From: Ignavibacteriota bacterium
Lineage (GTDB): Bacteria; Bacteroidota; Ignavibacteria; UBA10030; UBA6906
NCBI GenBank assembly: GCA_963801355.1
Contig: CAWDEM010000004.1
Span: forward strand, 1,216,001 to 1,280,000
DNA length: 64,000 bases
Direction: 5' to 3'
In this document: positions 37,580 through 47,904 of the stretch, piece after piece
How positions within the stretch are numbered: the stretch's first letter is position 1
How the letters are laid out: each line of letters opens with the position of its first letter
Notes under the pieces: model-generated
Seen by the model: only the letters and a program-made list of their open reading frames with translations
Told to the model about the DNA's origin: nothing
Databases searched by the model: none
Position numbers and translations under genes: made by a program

Positions 37580-39869
37580 CAGACGTTGTCACTCTCAGCT
37601 CCGGCGTTTCGCGGGACCGGTGCAATCTTGCCGGCTCACCGTCATGGCGATCGGCCTCGTCGCCTGGGTACTTGTCCTGAGCAATGCCGCACAGGCGCAG
37701 AAGAGCGTGTATCTCGCCGAAATCGAGAAGTCGGCGGCCCAGTGCTGGCGCACGCTGCCTTCAGACCTGGACGCCTGGAAGAAAAACCCCAATCACAGTG
37801 TTCTCTGGGGGTACAATCCTCCGGCATCACCTCTCTATCTTGCCGCCACGTACGGATATTTGTATTCGCTGAACCATGATGAACGGTATGCCCGGCGTGC
37901 CCTGCAGCTGCTCGCCGATTACGGGTCATTGCGGAAAACGCTCCCGGCCGGATTTGCCGCGAGCCGCGCCGAGTATGCGCGCGGCGTGCCGGCATTCACC
38001 AACTTCTTCTTTATTGCTCCCTTCGCCCAGGCATATCTCGCCGTGCGTGAGAGCCCCTCGGCTACACCCGCACAACGCAAGACGATTGAGACGGACCTCG
38101 GGGAAAGCATCGACTTTGTCTATACGTTTCCCGAATGGGGGAGCCACAACCGTGCGATGCTGCGTGCGCTGGGGTTTCTCCTGGGAGCGCAGGCCCTGCC
38201 GCAGCATCCTCACGTGCGGCAATGGATACGCACGGCCGAGGCCATCAGCGCAGACAATCTGCAGGCGTGGGAAGTCGAAGACGCGACGGTCTATCACCCG
38301 GTGTGGCTCCACACTGTGCTCCGCTATGCGGAGGCGGCCGGAACGCCCCGGGTGCACTCTTCTGTGTTCCTGCATTACTACCTTGAATATTTTACGCAAC
38401 TGATATCTCCGGCCGGGCTGGTGCCGGATTTTGGCGACGCATACTGGGAGTCGTCGCTCGAAGCGCTCCGTTTCGTCGCGGTGTTCGAGCGGGGTGCCGC
38501 CGTGTTCCGCGACCCCAGGATGCGATGGGCTGCCGCCACGCTGCTGGCGACGGCGCGCACGCGGGGTGACACGGTGGGAATTGGCGCGGCGTACCATTTG
38601 TGCGACGCACATCGCTGGGTCGACGAATCGATCATTCCGGCGGTGCCCGATGCCGGCAGCGGGGAGGTCCTGGATGACGTCATCGGCAAGAAGGTGGTCT
38701 TCCGCAACGGCTGGGATGCACGGTCCACGTACCTGCTGCTGAACTACAGGGATGAAGGGGACGGCGGATGGATGAGCCGCCACTATCTCCGGAATACCAT
38801 TACCGTGGAAGAAGAGAAAATGCATCATGGTCACGCCGATGAGAACAGCATCAGCTTGCTCATGCACAACGGATCTGTGCTGCTCCATGATGCAGGCTAT
38901 CGCGACTCCCTTCCCAGCGGTCCCTTCGGTTCGTGGCGCCAGGACTATTTTCACAACCGTCTCGTGGTGCGTGCAAACAAGCGTGATCTCCATCAGGGGG
39001 TACTCGAGTTTGTCCGGAACTCTGGCGCCTACCGGGCCGTGCAGACGCGCAAGATAGACTTTGTCCGTCTCCGCGATGTGGACATGAGCCGGACCAGGGT
39101 GAGCGAATCGCTTCCTGGTTATGACTGGGACAGGATCATCGCTTACGTAAAATCCCTCGGAGTCTTCGTGGTCATTGATGCGGTGAAGGCCACGAGGCCG
39201 GACTACATGACACTTACCGCCTTCTGGCATGGCCAGCACATCGAACGCCTGCGCGACGGTGTGTTCAGGATCGCAACGGATTCGCTGCAATCCCTGCACT
39301 TTCCGCAGGAATCGGGATTGCGCGTGGAATTCCTTGAACGCACCGGTAAGTCGGAAGGGAGCGCTCCAATCTCGCGGCACCGCCAGACTGAAACCGCGCT
39401 GTACCAGACCATTGCGAGCCAGTACAAAACCGGCGACAGGGAACTCTTCGTCACGATCCTCACGCCGTTTGACCGGGTGAAGGGGAGTGACGATGTGCCG
39501 CGTGCTTCTCTTGTCCCGACCTCGTCTCCCGCCGGGGCGGTTGCCGTCCGCCTCGAAACCGGCGGGCGGTCGCTGCTGATCGGGGTGAAGCTCGACCTCG
39601 ACTCGGAGATTGCACGCGAAAACATCCGTCCGCGCTACCCGTATGCGCTGGGCAAAACCACCTATGGGGAGTTTGAAACGGACGCACATTTCTTTGTCGC
39701 CGACGAAAAGACAACCGTGCCGCGTTTCAGCGCGGTGAATGTTCTCAAGGTATACCACCGCGGCAAGGAAGTCATGAGCGCACTACCCTGTACGCATGCC
39801 CTTCAACCCGATGGCAGTCCGGATCGCATCGGCATCTCGAAGTGGCGGGTATACGAATCAGAACCATAA
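37569..39869 (+). CDS. Secreted heparinase II/III-like polysaccharide lyase
   Basis: Signal peptide (AQA-Q); WGSHN, PDFGD, FRNGW, HGHADENS, DAGY, HNRLVV; start uncertain (37569 or 37644). Confidence 0.7.
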   Translation: MTIDRRCHSQLRRFAGPVQSCRLTVMAIGLVAWVLVLSNAAQAQKSVYLAEIEKSAAQCWRTLPSDLDAWKKNPNHSVLWGYNPPASPLYLAATYGYLYSLNHDERYARRALQLLADYGSLRKTLPAGFAASRAEYARGVPAFTNFFFIAPFAQAYLAVRESPSATPAQRKTIETDLGESIDFVYTFPEWGSHNRAMLRALGFLLGAQALPQHPHVRQWIRTAEAISADNLQAWEVEDATVYHPVWLHTVLRYAEAAGTPRVHSSVFLHYYLEYFTQLISPAGLVPDFGDAYWESSLEALRFVAVFERGAAVFRDPRMRWAAATLLATARTRGDTVGIGAAYHLCDAHRWVDESIIPAVPDAGSGEVLDDVIGKKVVFRNGWDARSTYLLLNYRDEGDGGWMSRHYLRNTITVEEEKMHHGHADENSISLLMHNGSVLLHDAGYRDSLPSGPFGSWRQDYFHNRLVVRANKRDLHQGVLEFVRNSGAYRAVQTRKIDFVRLRDVDMSRTRVSESLPGYDWDRIIAYVKSLGVFVVIDAVKATRPDYMTLTAFWHGQHIERLRDGVFRIATDSLQSLHFPQESGLRVEFLERTGKSEGSAPISRHRQTETALYQTIASQYKTGDRELFVTILTPFDRVKGSDDVPRASLVPTSSPAGAVAVRLETGGRSLLIGVKLDLDSEIARENIRPRYPYALGKTTYGEFETDAHFFVADEKTTVPRFSAVNVLKVYHRGKEVMSALPCTHALQPDGSPDRIGISKWRVYESEP

Positions 39870-39905
39870 CTGCACAGCAACAGCGCAGGCGCGCACGTTG
39901 GTCCG

Positions 39906-40841
39906 ATGATCACGACGGTCACCCTTAACCCGATGCTGGACAAGACCGTGCGACTGTCACACCTCGCGGTGGGGCAAATCACACGCGCCCGGGAAGTGTC
40001 GTGCATTGTCGGCGGCAAAGGAGTGAACGTTACCCGCCAGCTCCACCGGCTGGGCTGCTCCGCGCAGGCCACCGGCCTCTGGGGTGGAGAAGTCGGTCTC
40101 CAGTGCGACCGGTTGTTGGCCGCCGAAGGAATCGCACACCGGTTCGTGCGGATCGACGGCATGACACGGGAAGGGGTGACATATCTGGACGCGGAGGGCA
40201 CGATGACGTGCATCTTCGAACCGCCCCATCATGTCACGCCAGCGGAAGCGGATATGCTCGTGGCCCGGTGCTCTACGCTTCTGGCCGGCAGTCAGTGGCT
40301 GGCATGCTGTGGCAGCTCACCCGCTCCGGCAACCGATCATGTGTATGCCGACATTCTGCAGGAAGCGCGCGCACGAGGCGTCCGTACTGCACTGGATACG
40401 TACGGCGCACCGTTGAACCTTGCGCTTGCTGCCATGCCGGATGTGGTGAAGGTCAACCGCGAGGAATACCGGAGCAGCGCCGGTGCATCACTGGAACGTG
40501 AACGCGACGTGGTCGACGCACTGATTGCGCTTGTCGGACAAGGAATCGAATTGGCCGTTCTCACCGATGGACCCCGGCCGTGCTATGCAGCGAGCCGGTC
40601 GGGGTGCTGGAAAATCACCCCGCCGTCTGTCCCAACCGTGAATCCGACAGGATCCGGGGACAGCATGCTGGCCGGGATTCTGTATGGATTATCGCGGGGA
40701 TGGGACCATCCAAGCAGCGTCTGTTTTGGCGCTGCTGCCGGCGCGGCAAATGCCGCGGTCTGGAGTGTCTCGTCCGTGTCGATGCATGACATCATGTCGC
40801 TTCTCCCATCTGTGGCTGTCACTGAATTCATCGTCACCTAA
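39906..40841 (+). CDS. 1-phosphofructokinase/tagatose-6-phosphate kinase family hexose kinase
   Basis: TVTLNPMLD, GGKGVNV, KVNREE, NPTGSGDSMLAG. Confidence 0.92.
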   Translation: MITTVTLNPMLDKTVRLSHLAVGQITRAREVSCIVGGKGVNVTRQLHRLGCSAQATGLWGGEVGLQCDRLLAAEGIAHRFVRIDGMTREGVTYLDAEGTMTCIFEPPHHVTPAEADMLVARCSTLLAGSQWLACCGSSPAPATDHVYADILQEARARGVRTALDTYGAPLNLALAAMPDVVKVNREEYRSSAGASLERERDVVDALIALVGQGIELAVLTDGPRPCYAASRSGCWKITPPSVPTVNPTGSGDSMLAGILYGLSRGWDHPSSVCFGAAAGAANAAVWSVSSVSMHDIMSLLPSVAVTEFIVT

Positions 40842-40867
40842 CCCCCGTTTTCAGAAAGGTGCTGGAT

Positions 40868-43201
40868 ATGCCGATACTCAAACAATTCCTGACCACAATC
40901 ACTGTCATTGACATCCAGCCATCCGGCCCGCTTGTCGAATCCACCGTCGCGAACGAGATGCGGAGTACATCATGTCCGTCGGCCAACGTCCGCCGGTCGC
41001 CTGGCCTCTCTGTTGCTCCCCGGAGCGTGCGCGTCGCCGTTGCCGGTGACTCCGCGGCGTGGAAGACAATTCACCCGGCTCTGGCCACCCATGAACGGTG
41101 GCTGATGGTTCGTGTGAAGGGAGATGGGATGGAGCTCCTGGCCTCACACACCCATCTCCTGTATCAGGTCTGGACCTTCGTGCAGGACGAGTGGGCCTCT
41201 CTGAATGTTGCCGCATTTCACGATGGGAAAATCCTCATACCGACGTTCCCTGCAGTGCGACCGGTGTACGACATTCTCCTGACGCAAATCGCGCGCACAG
41301 CACGGGATTTTAACAAGGAAGAGCACTTCAAGACGCTGGCACGGATGGGTTCGACCTATGCGGAAGTGAACGGCCTTGCCTTTCCGGTGCCTATAGAAAC
41401 CGGCCCGCGGGGTGAAGTCCTCCACCGCTTCTACACGTACTGCCCGGCGCTTGACCAATTCGTCACAAGCCGCTTGAACAAGGGAATCTATGACAACGAC
41501 TACCTGCAGGCGAACCTCAACAACCTGAAACACAACGCGGCACTGGCCGAAAAATATGGTCTCATCCCCGGGCTGGTCTGCTTCGAACCACGCTCCGTAC
41601 CCGATGAACTGCTGAACCGTTATCCCGTTTTGCGCGGCGCGCGGGTGGATCATCCGATGCGCAGCTTCAGGCCGCGCTTCAATCTTTCTGTGGCACATCC
41701 CGTGGTCCTGGATCATTATTCCGAATTGATGGAAAATCTGATGCATGAGGTGCCGCGACTGGACTACCTTTCGGTCTGGTCGAATGACAGCGGTGCCGGC
41801 TTCGAGTACACGAGCTCACTCTATGTGGGCCGCAACGGCGGTGGTTACCTCGTGCGCGAATGGCTGGCCGCAAAGGATATCGCCTCCGCCGCGGCATTCA
41901 ACCTCGTCCGCTTCATCAAGACCCTGAGGGATGCGGGACGGCGTGTGAATCCGCGGTTCAGGACGCTCATCCGCCTCGAACCATTCTGGGAGGAGCACGA
42001 TTACATCTGGAGCATGCTCGAAGAAGGGCTGGACGTCGAAGTGTCGTCTCTTCTGACCAAGGGATGGGAACTCGCCTACAAACATCCACGCTACGAGGAA
42101 GTGCCGCAGATTCACGGCACGGCTCTCTATAGCACGTTCGTGAAGCAGGAACGGGCAGTCCTCGACGACCTCGAGAAGAAGGGATCGCACGCTGATGTCT
42201 ATTGCGTCCCCGGCGCTCTCCAGAATCACGATCCGATCATCGGTACAGCATTCCCGGCAATGATCTACAAAAAACTGCATGATATGGCGTCTGCGCGCGT
42301 GACAACGGCCGCCTACCTGGGCGGGGCCACGCAACAGTCCTTTGCTCCCTACAATATCAACCAGGAAATCGTGCGGGCATTCCAGTTTGATCGAAACCTT
42401 GATTTGCCCTCGTTCCTCCTGAAGAAAGCCGCGGAATGGATCGGACCTGAACTGGCCGCCGACCTGGTGCGTCTCTGGGAGATCTCCGAAGACGCGTACA
42501 CCTGTTTCCCCATCCCCATCTGGATCTTTTCCGGATGGAGCGTCTGGTACCGGCTGTTCATCCGGCCGATCGTTCCCGATATTGATGCCATTCCGGAGTC
42601 CGATCGTGCATACTATGAAGACTTCTTGCTGGCGACGTCGCACAACCGGGCCAGGGTCGACTTCCGCTACGATGTGGGCTTTGATCTCTGTGAACCCGAA
42701 CGGGCTTGGCTCGCAGTGAAGCACATGGATGAAGACCTGTTCCCGAGGATGGAGCGCGCGGTTGCGCTGGCCAAATCCCTCCTGGACCGCGCAACCAATG
42801 ACCAGGCGCGTTCCTGCGCCCGGGATCAATATGACCGGACACGGGGATTGCTCTACTGGTACCGCACGCAACGTGCCGTGACCGCCTGGGTGGCAGGCGT
42901 GCACACGTACCTGACGACACACGACGCGGCGAAAAGGAAAGAATGCCGTGAGCTGCTGCGGAAGATGGTGCTTGACGACATTCAGAACACGCGCGACCTG
43001 CTGGAGCTCTGGGAAACCTCCACCACGAACTGGATCCTGATCTCGGGAGTGGCGGAAACCACGTTCATCTACTACAGTAACTTCGGGGACTTGCTGAAAC
43101 GCAAGATCGCACTTGCCACAGGTCATGAGAACGACGAACCGTACGTCGATCCAGACTACCAGTGGCGTGTTCCGGGGTTCACAAAGGAGGTGCAGCGATA
43201 A
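40868..43201 (+). CDS. Uncharacterised large protein, possibly glycoside-hydrolase-like; paralog of 2660-4863
   Basis: Long intact ORF; LRGARVDHP, WSNDSGAGFE, GRNGG, RPIVPDIDAIP shared with the paralog. Confidence 0.75.
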   Translation: MPILKQFLTTITVIDIQPSGPLVESTVANEMRSTSCPSANVRRSPGLSVAPRSVRVAVAGDSAAWKTIHPALATHERWLMVRVKGDGMELLASHTHLLYQVWTFVQDEWASLNVAAFHDGKILIPTFPAVRPVYDILLTQIARTARDFNKEEHFKTLARMGSTYAEVNGLAFPVPIETGPRGEVLHRFYTYCPALDQFVTSRLNKGIYDNDYLQANLNNLKHNAALAEKYGLIPGLVCFEPRSVPDELLNRYPVLRGARVDHPMRSFRPRFNLSVAHPVVLDHYSELMENLMHEVPRLDYLSVWSNDSGAGFEYTSSLYVGRNGGGYLVREWLAAKDIASAAAFNLVRFIKTLRDAGRRVNPRFRTLIRLEPFWEEHDYIWSMLEEGLDVEVSSLLTKGWELAYKHPRYEEVPQIHGTALYSTFVKQERAVLDDLEKKGSHADVYCVPGALQNHDPIIGTAFPAMIYKKLHDMASARVTTAAYLGGATQQSFAPYNINQEIVRAFQFDRNLDLPSFLLKKAAEWIGPELAADLVRLWEISEDAYTCFPIPIWIFSGWSVWYRLFIRPIVPDIDAIPESDRAYYEDFLLATSHNRARVDFRYDVGFDLCEPERAWLAVKHMDEDLFPRMERAVALAKSLLDRATNDQARSCARDQYDRTRGLLYWYRTQRAVTAWVAGVHTYLTTHDAAKRKECRELLRKMVLDDIQNTRDLLELWETSTTNWILISGVAETTFIYYSNFGDLLKRKIALATGHENDEPYVDPDYQWRVPGFTKEVQR

Positions 43202-44385
43202 AGCGCGGGCGGGACATTGCGGTACTGGTTGCACCTGATTCCTTCAAAGGAACGCTCAGCGCGCAGCAGGCGGCTGAGGCTATGGGGGAGGGCGTTCACG
43301 ACGTCATCCCCGGGAGTCCGGTCACGCTGATGCCGCTGTCCGACGGCGGTGAAGGACTGCTGGATGTGCTGCTGCCTGTGCTGGGCGGGGAAATCCAGCG
43401 GGCGAGAGTGGCCGGGCCTCTCCTGGGCCAGACGGTCGAAGCCCGCTGGGGATTCGTGGAATCCTCACGGACCGCCGTTCTGGAGATGGCAGAGGCCGCC
43501 GGGCTCGGCCTGGTCCCCCCGCAACAACGTGATCCCCGCATTACCACCACTCTTGGTGTGGGTCAAATTGTTCACTGTGCCCTCGATCGCGGAGCGCGCA
43601 CCCTGATCATCGGGATCGGGGGGAGCGGGACGAATGACGGGGGTGCAGGGATGGCGCAGGCTCTTGGCGTGCGGCTCCGCGACAACGCGGGGGATGAACT
43701 GCCGCCCGGCGGTGCCGCACTTGAGCGCCTTGCGTCGATTGATGTTGCCGGAGTCGATCCGCGCATCGCGGGGACGACCGTTCTCGTCGCATGCGATGTC
43801 CGTAACCCTCTCACGGGACCCGAAGGTGCCTCGGCGATATTCGGACCGCAGAAAGGTGCTTCACCCGGCGACGTTGCTCTTCTCGATGCAGCACTCACGA
43901 AGTACCGGGAGTTGCTTCTTGAAACGATCCACATCGATGTCCAGCATGTGCCCGGCAGCGGTGCTGCCGGCGGTCTCGGTGCCGGACTCGTGGCATTCTG
44001 CGGCGCGACTCTGCGTTCCGGGATTGACCTCGTTCTCGATCAGACAGGTTTTGACGCGGCGCTGGCCGGTGTCGATCTTGTGCTGACAGGAGAGGGGAGG
44101 ATTGACGCACAGACGCGCTATGGCAAAGTACTTTCGGGTGTACTCTCCCGTGCCCGCCGCAGGGGAATCCCCGTTGCCGCAATCGTCGGAGACATCACCG
44201 GCACACAGGGTGATTTCGTGGGCCCGGAGGGCTTTCTGGGCCTTGCCGCCCTGGTGGGACCGGAAACCGGACTGCAGGAAGCAATGGCACAGGCGCGACA
44301 CCTGGTCCGCAGGAGAACCGCACAACTTATCGCACAACTCATTCCCCACTTGAACCAACAGAGATCTGATTCCCATGCTCCTTAG
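43198..44385 (+). CDS. glxK: Glycerate kinase (class I, GlxK/GarK family); apparent ATA start
   Basis: APDSFKG, SDGGEG, GIGGSGTNDGG, GAAGGLG, TGEG; SD AAGGAGG 7 nt before ATA 43198. Confidence 0.9.
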   Translation: MKRGRDIAVLVAPDSFKGTLSAQQAAEAMGEGVHDVIPGSPVTLMPLSDGGEGLLDVLLPVLGGEIQRARVAGPLLGQTVEARWGFVESSRTAVLEMAEAAGLGLVPPQQRDPRITTTLGVGQIVHCALDRGARTLIIGIGGSGTNDGGAGMAQALGVRLRDNAGDELPPGGAALERLASIDVAGVDPRIAGTTVLVACDVRNPLTGPEGASAIFGPQKGASPGDVALLDAALTKYRELLLETIHIDVQHVPGSGAAGGLGAGLVAFCGATLRSGIDLVLDQTGFDAALAGVDLVLTGEGRIDAQTRYGKVLSGVLSRARRRGIPVAAIVGDITGTQGDFVGPEGFLGLAALVGPETGLQEAMAQARHLVRRRTAQLIAQLIPHLNQQRSDSHAP

Positions 44386-46174
44386 CGAAATCAAACAAGT
44401 CAACATCCTGGATCTCCTGGTGATTGCCGGCTATCTGCTGCTGCTCACCGGAGTCGGCATCTATCTGACACGGTTCAACAAGACCGTGGATGATTTCTTC
44501 AAAGGAGGTGGAAAGATCCCCTGGTGGATTTCCGGGCTCTCCACCTTCGTGGCCGGTTTTTCGGCTTTCATGTTCGTCGGCGCAGCAGGATTTTCGTACA
44601 AGTATGGCGGCGGCGCGGTCATCATGTTCACCAGCGCATTCTGGGGTTACGGATTGGGGTACTTCGTGTATGCGACCCTCTGGCGCCGATCACGTCTCTC
44701 CTCGCCGATGGAGTTCCTGACCAGGCGTTTTTCCCAGGGGACGACGTACTACTATACTCTCCTGTCGATCGTACCCTCCATCATGGGGCTCGGCCTGGGC
44801 ATTTACATACTCTGCATTTTTGTCGCCTCGGCATTGGGGATTATGGGCTGGTCGGTGGACCTGGGGCTCTTCCGTCTGACGGGACTTGAAGCATCGATGA
44901 TCATCACCGGCGTCGTCATGCTCATCTACACGAGTGCCGGCGGACTATGGGCGGTGGTGATCACGGATTCTCTCCAGTTCTTCATCATCCTTATTGTCAG
45001 CCTGCTCATCTTCCCGCTGGCGTTCATGGCTCTCGGATCGGGGAACATGCTGTCGGGTGTGCAGCGTCTCTTTGCGGAGGCTCCGGCGGAGTACATGAGC
45101 CTGCGTGATCTGTTCACGCGGCCGGAATTCTACACTGCCTACTTCCTGAGCTCCCTTATCGGCTACAATGCCGCATGGCATATCGGCCAACGCTACTACA
45201 GCGTCCCGACGGAGCACGATTCAAGGAAGATGGCTATCCTGTGCGCCGTCCTGAGTCTCTTCCTGCCGTTCTTCTGGATAGCACCGACCATGGCCGCCCG
45301 CGTTATGTTTCCGGACATGGCGCACCTCTGGCCGCAACTCACCGAGCCGGCAGAGGCGTCCTATGTGACGCTCGCCCTGACACTTCTTCCCAACGGCCTG
45401 ATCGGGTTGACAATCTCCGCTATTCTGGCGGCCACCATGACATCCATCGATACCCAGCTCAACTACCTCGGCTCCATACTCGTACGGGATGTCTACGTCC
45501 GCCTGCGCACGGTCGTCCGTCATGCGGTGCCGCCTGCGGGCGAACAGCTGTTGATGAGCCGGGTGACGGCGTTTACGCTCGGCATCCTTGCGATCATCAC
45601 GGCGGTCATCGTCCAGCGCTCAAAAGGAGTGTTTGATTTTGCGCTCATGTACTACTCCTGGTTTGGCCCCTCGATGTTCACGCCGGTCATGCTCGGCCTG
45701 ATCTTCCGGAAAACACCATCATGGTCGGCAAGCGCCTCGGCAACAGCGGGGCTCCTGTTTGTCCTTATCGCAAATGTGGTGATTGACGTGACACCGCACC
45801 AGTACGAAGTGAACATTTTCGGCGGCGTCGGCATCTCGGCGCTGGTGTTCTTCCTGTCGAAATTCTGGAAGGAACGGGATGCGGAGAGAGCGCGCAACCG
45901 GGAGGCCTTCGACGCGGATCTGCGGACCCCCGTTACAGACGAGTCATTGCGATGGTCCGGCAATGCGCTCGAGTCGTACCGGCTTGTCGGCATAATGACA
46001 GGTGCTATCGGCCTCACCGTCCTCGGCCTCGCGATTGTCCCTGCCGCACCTCAGGTACACATCCTGAGCGCGGCTCTTGGACTCGGGACCACGCTTATCG
46101 GGGGGATGATGGTCTGGTATTTCCGCAAGCAGGTCAAAGTGACGGAGGCGGAGAACAAGGAGAAGCACCGATGA
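44375..46174 (+). CDS. Sodium:solute symporter (SSS) family transporter
   Basis: DFFKGGGKIPWW, FSAFMFVGAAG, GGLWAVVITD.LQ, GQRYY, AATMTSID. Confidence 0.92.
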   Translation: MLLSEIKQVNILDLLVIAGYLLLLTGVGIYLTRFNKTVDDFFKGGGKIPWWISGLSTFVAGFSAFMFVGAAGFSYKYGGGAVIMFTSAFWGYGLGYFVYATLWRRSRLSSPMEFLTRRFSQGTTYYYTLLSIVPSIMGLGLGIYILCIFVASALGIMGWSVDLGLFRLTGLEASMIITGVVMLIYTSAGGLWAVVITDSLQFFIILIVSLLIFPLAFMALGSGNMLSGVQRLFAEAPAEYMSLRDLFTRPEFYTAYFLSSLIGYNAAWHIGQRYYSVPTEHDSRKMAILCAVLSLFLPFFWIAPTMAARVMFPDMAHLWPQLTEPAEASYVTLALTLLPNGLIGLTISAILAATMTSIDTQLNYLGSILVRDVYVRLRTVVRHAVPPAGEQLLMSRVTAFTLGILAIITAVIVQRSKGVFDFALMYYSWFGPSMFTPVMLGLIFRKTPSWSASASATAGLLFVLIANVVIDVTPHQYEVNIFGGVGISALVFFLSKFWKERDAERARNREAFDADLRTPVTDESLRWSGNALESYRLVGIMTGAIGLTVLGLAIVPAAPQVHILSAALGLGTTLIGGMMVWYFRKQVKVTEAENKEKHR

Positions 46175-47091
46175 GCCGCATCATCAGGGTGAGTGCCGCA
46201 CAGCTCCCTGCCGTTGTGGAGGGAGGCTCCGCGGCCGCACGCCGTGCCCGGAATCGCAAAGACATTCTGTCGTTCCTGCGGATTGCCGGAGAGCGATCCT
46301 CCGACCTTGTCCTGTTCGGCGAGTATGCGAACCTCGATCACCGGTCCACCTCATCGCGGAAGAAGGACTACCTTCCCGACAGTATACCGGGACAGTTCAC
46401 AGGGCTGGTCGGACGGGCCGCGCGCAAGTACAGGATGAATGTGATCATGCCGATGTACGGCACCTGGCGGGGGGCAGTGTCAAGCCAGGCTGTGGTCTTT
46501 GACCGGAACGGCGACATTCTGGGATGCTACCAGAAATCCCATGACACGCAGCCGGAACAGGATCTGGGCATGCAGCGGGGCAACGAACTCCCCGTCTTCA
46601 CGCTCGATTGTGTGCGCATAGGCATCATGACCTGTATGGACATCGAGTACCCCGAAGTCGCACAGGTACTCATGGTGCGTGGAGCTGAACTCCTCCTCTT
46701 TCCTCACGTGCAGTCCGGCTGGGGGGAGGTGGACTGGGAGATACGGTACCGGGCCCGGGCCGTCGATACCGGGCTTCCGTTGCTGTCCGCCTGCTATGGT
46801 TATCCCGAAGGACAGTGGATGCCCGGCAAGATGATCGGACGCACCAGTCTCATTGGCCGGGACGGATTGGTCCTTGCCGATATCGGCCGGCGCATCGGCG
46901 TTCTGACGGTAGACCTGGACATCGCCCAGGGCCGGGTGACACAGTTCTATTTCAACAAGGCCTACCCGCGCACGACGGCGATTGTGGCATCCCGCCGCCC
47001 TGAATTGTATCATGATCTCACAGATGCCGGCGCGAGGGATCGAGCGCTCAAACATCTTCCTCTGTCGCAGAAAGGAACACCACGTGGCTGA
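46171..47091 (+). CDS. Carbon-nitrogen hydrolase (nitrilase superfamily)
   Basis: E-K-C triad: LFGEY, YQKSH, TCMDIEYPE; RRPELY. Confidence 0.9.
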   Translation: MSRIIRVSAAQLPAVVEGGSAAARRARNRKDILSFLRIAGERSSDLVLFGEYANLDHRSTSSRKKDYLPDSIPGQFTGLVGRAARKYRMNVIMPMYGTWRGAVSSQAVVFDRNGDILGCYQKSHDTQPEQDLGMQRGNELPVFTLDCVRIGIMTCMDIEYPEVAQVLMVRGAELLLFPHVQSGWGEVDWEIRYRARAVDTGLPLLSACYGYPEGQWMPGKMIGRTSLIGRDGLVLADIGRRIGVLTVDLDIAQGRVTQFYFNKAYPRTTAIVASRRPELYHDLTDAGARDRALKHLPLSQKGTPRG

Positions 47092-47878
47092 CACGACACC
47101 GGTAGCCATCGTCACAGGCGCAAGCCGTGGACTGGGGCGGGGTATCGCCGTGCAATTGGCGGAGCTGGGATTCTCCGTCGTTGTCAATTTCTCCGGAAAC
47201 GCCGCCGCAGCGAGTGAGACAGTCGAACTCTGCCGTTCCCGGCAGAGTCAGATTGACCAGAAGTTCGTCCCGTTCCAGGCCGATATGGCCGAACAGGCTG
47301 ACCGGGTGCGGCTGGTCGAACAAACGCTTGGCGCACTGGGACGAATCGATGCGCTGGTCAACAATGCAGGGGTCGGTCCGCTGGTGCGTGCAGATGTGAC
47401 CGAAACTTCCCCAGAATCCTTCGATCGCGTCATGCGGGTGAACCTGGAAGGCCCGTTCTTTCTCACACAGGCGGTCGTCAACTACTGGCTCTCGCAGCGC
47501 CCCGATCCGTTGCTTCCTCACGGTTTCTCCATCGTGAATATCTCCTCCATATCCGCGAATACCGCGTCACTCAACAGGGGTGAGTACTGTATCTCCAAGG
47601 CGGGCCTTGCCATGGTGACACAGCTCTGGGCCGTGCGGCTCGCCTCCTCGCGCATTCATGTCTTCGAACTGCGGCCGGGTATCATGGCGACGGACATGAC
47701 GAGTGTCGTGAAGGAGAAGTACGAGAGGATGATGGGCGAAGGGCTCGTGCCCCAGAACCGCTGGGGCCGCCCCGATGACGTCGGAAAAGCTGTCGGCGCA
47801 CTAGTGACCGGGGCCTTCCCATATTCCACCGGGAGTGTCATCTATCTGGACGGTGGGATGCATCTCAGAAGATTCTAA
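47084..47878 (+). CDS. Short-chain dehydrogenase/reductase
   Basis: TGASRGLG, NNAG, YCISK, RPG..TDM; GTG start with SD AAGGA. Confidence 0.92.
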   Translation: MADTTPVAIVTGASRGLGRGIAVQLAELGFSVVVNFSGNAAAASETVELCRSRQSQIDQKFVPFQADMAEQADRVRLVEQTLGALGRIDALVNNAGVGPLVRADVTETSPESFDRVMRVNLEGPFFLTQAVVNYWLSQRPDPLLPHGFSIVNISSISANTASLNRGEYCISKAGLAMVTQLWAVRLASSRIHVFELRPGIMATDMTSVVKEKYERMMGEGLVPQNRWGRPDDVGKAVGALVTGAFPYSTGSVIYLDGGMHLRRF

Positions 47879-47904
47879 CATCAACACTAACCTGAACGAC
47901 TATC

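Noticed and set aside
47084-47878. fabG
   Set aside because: No fatty-acid synthesis genes nearby; only generic SDR motifs
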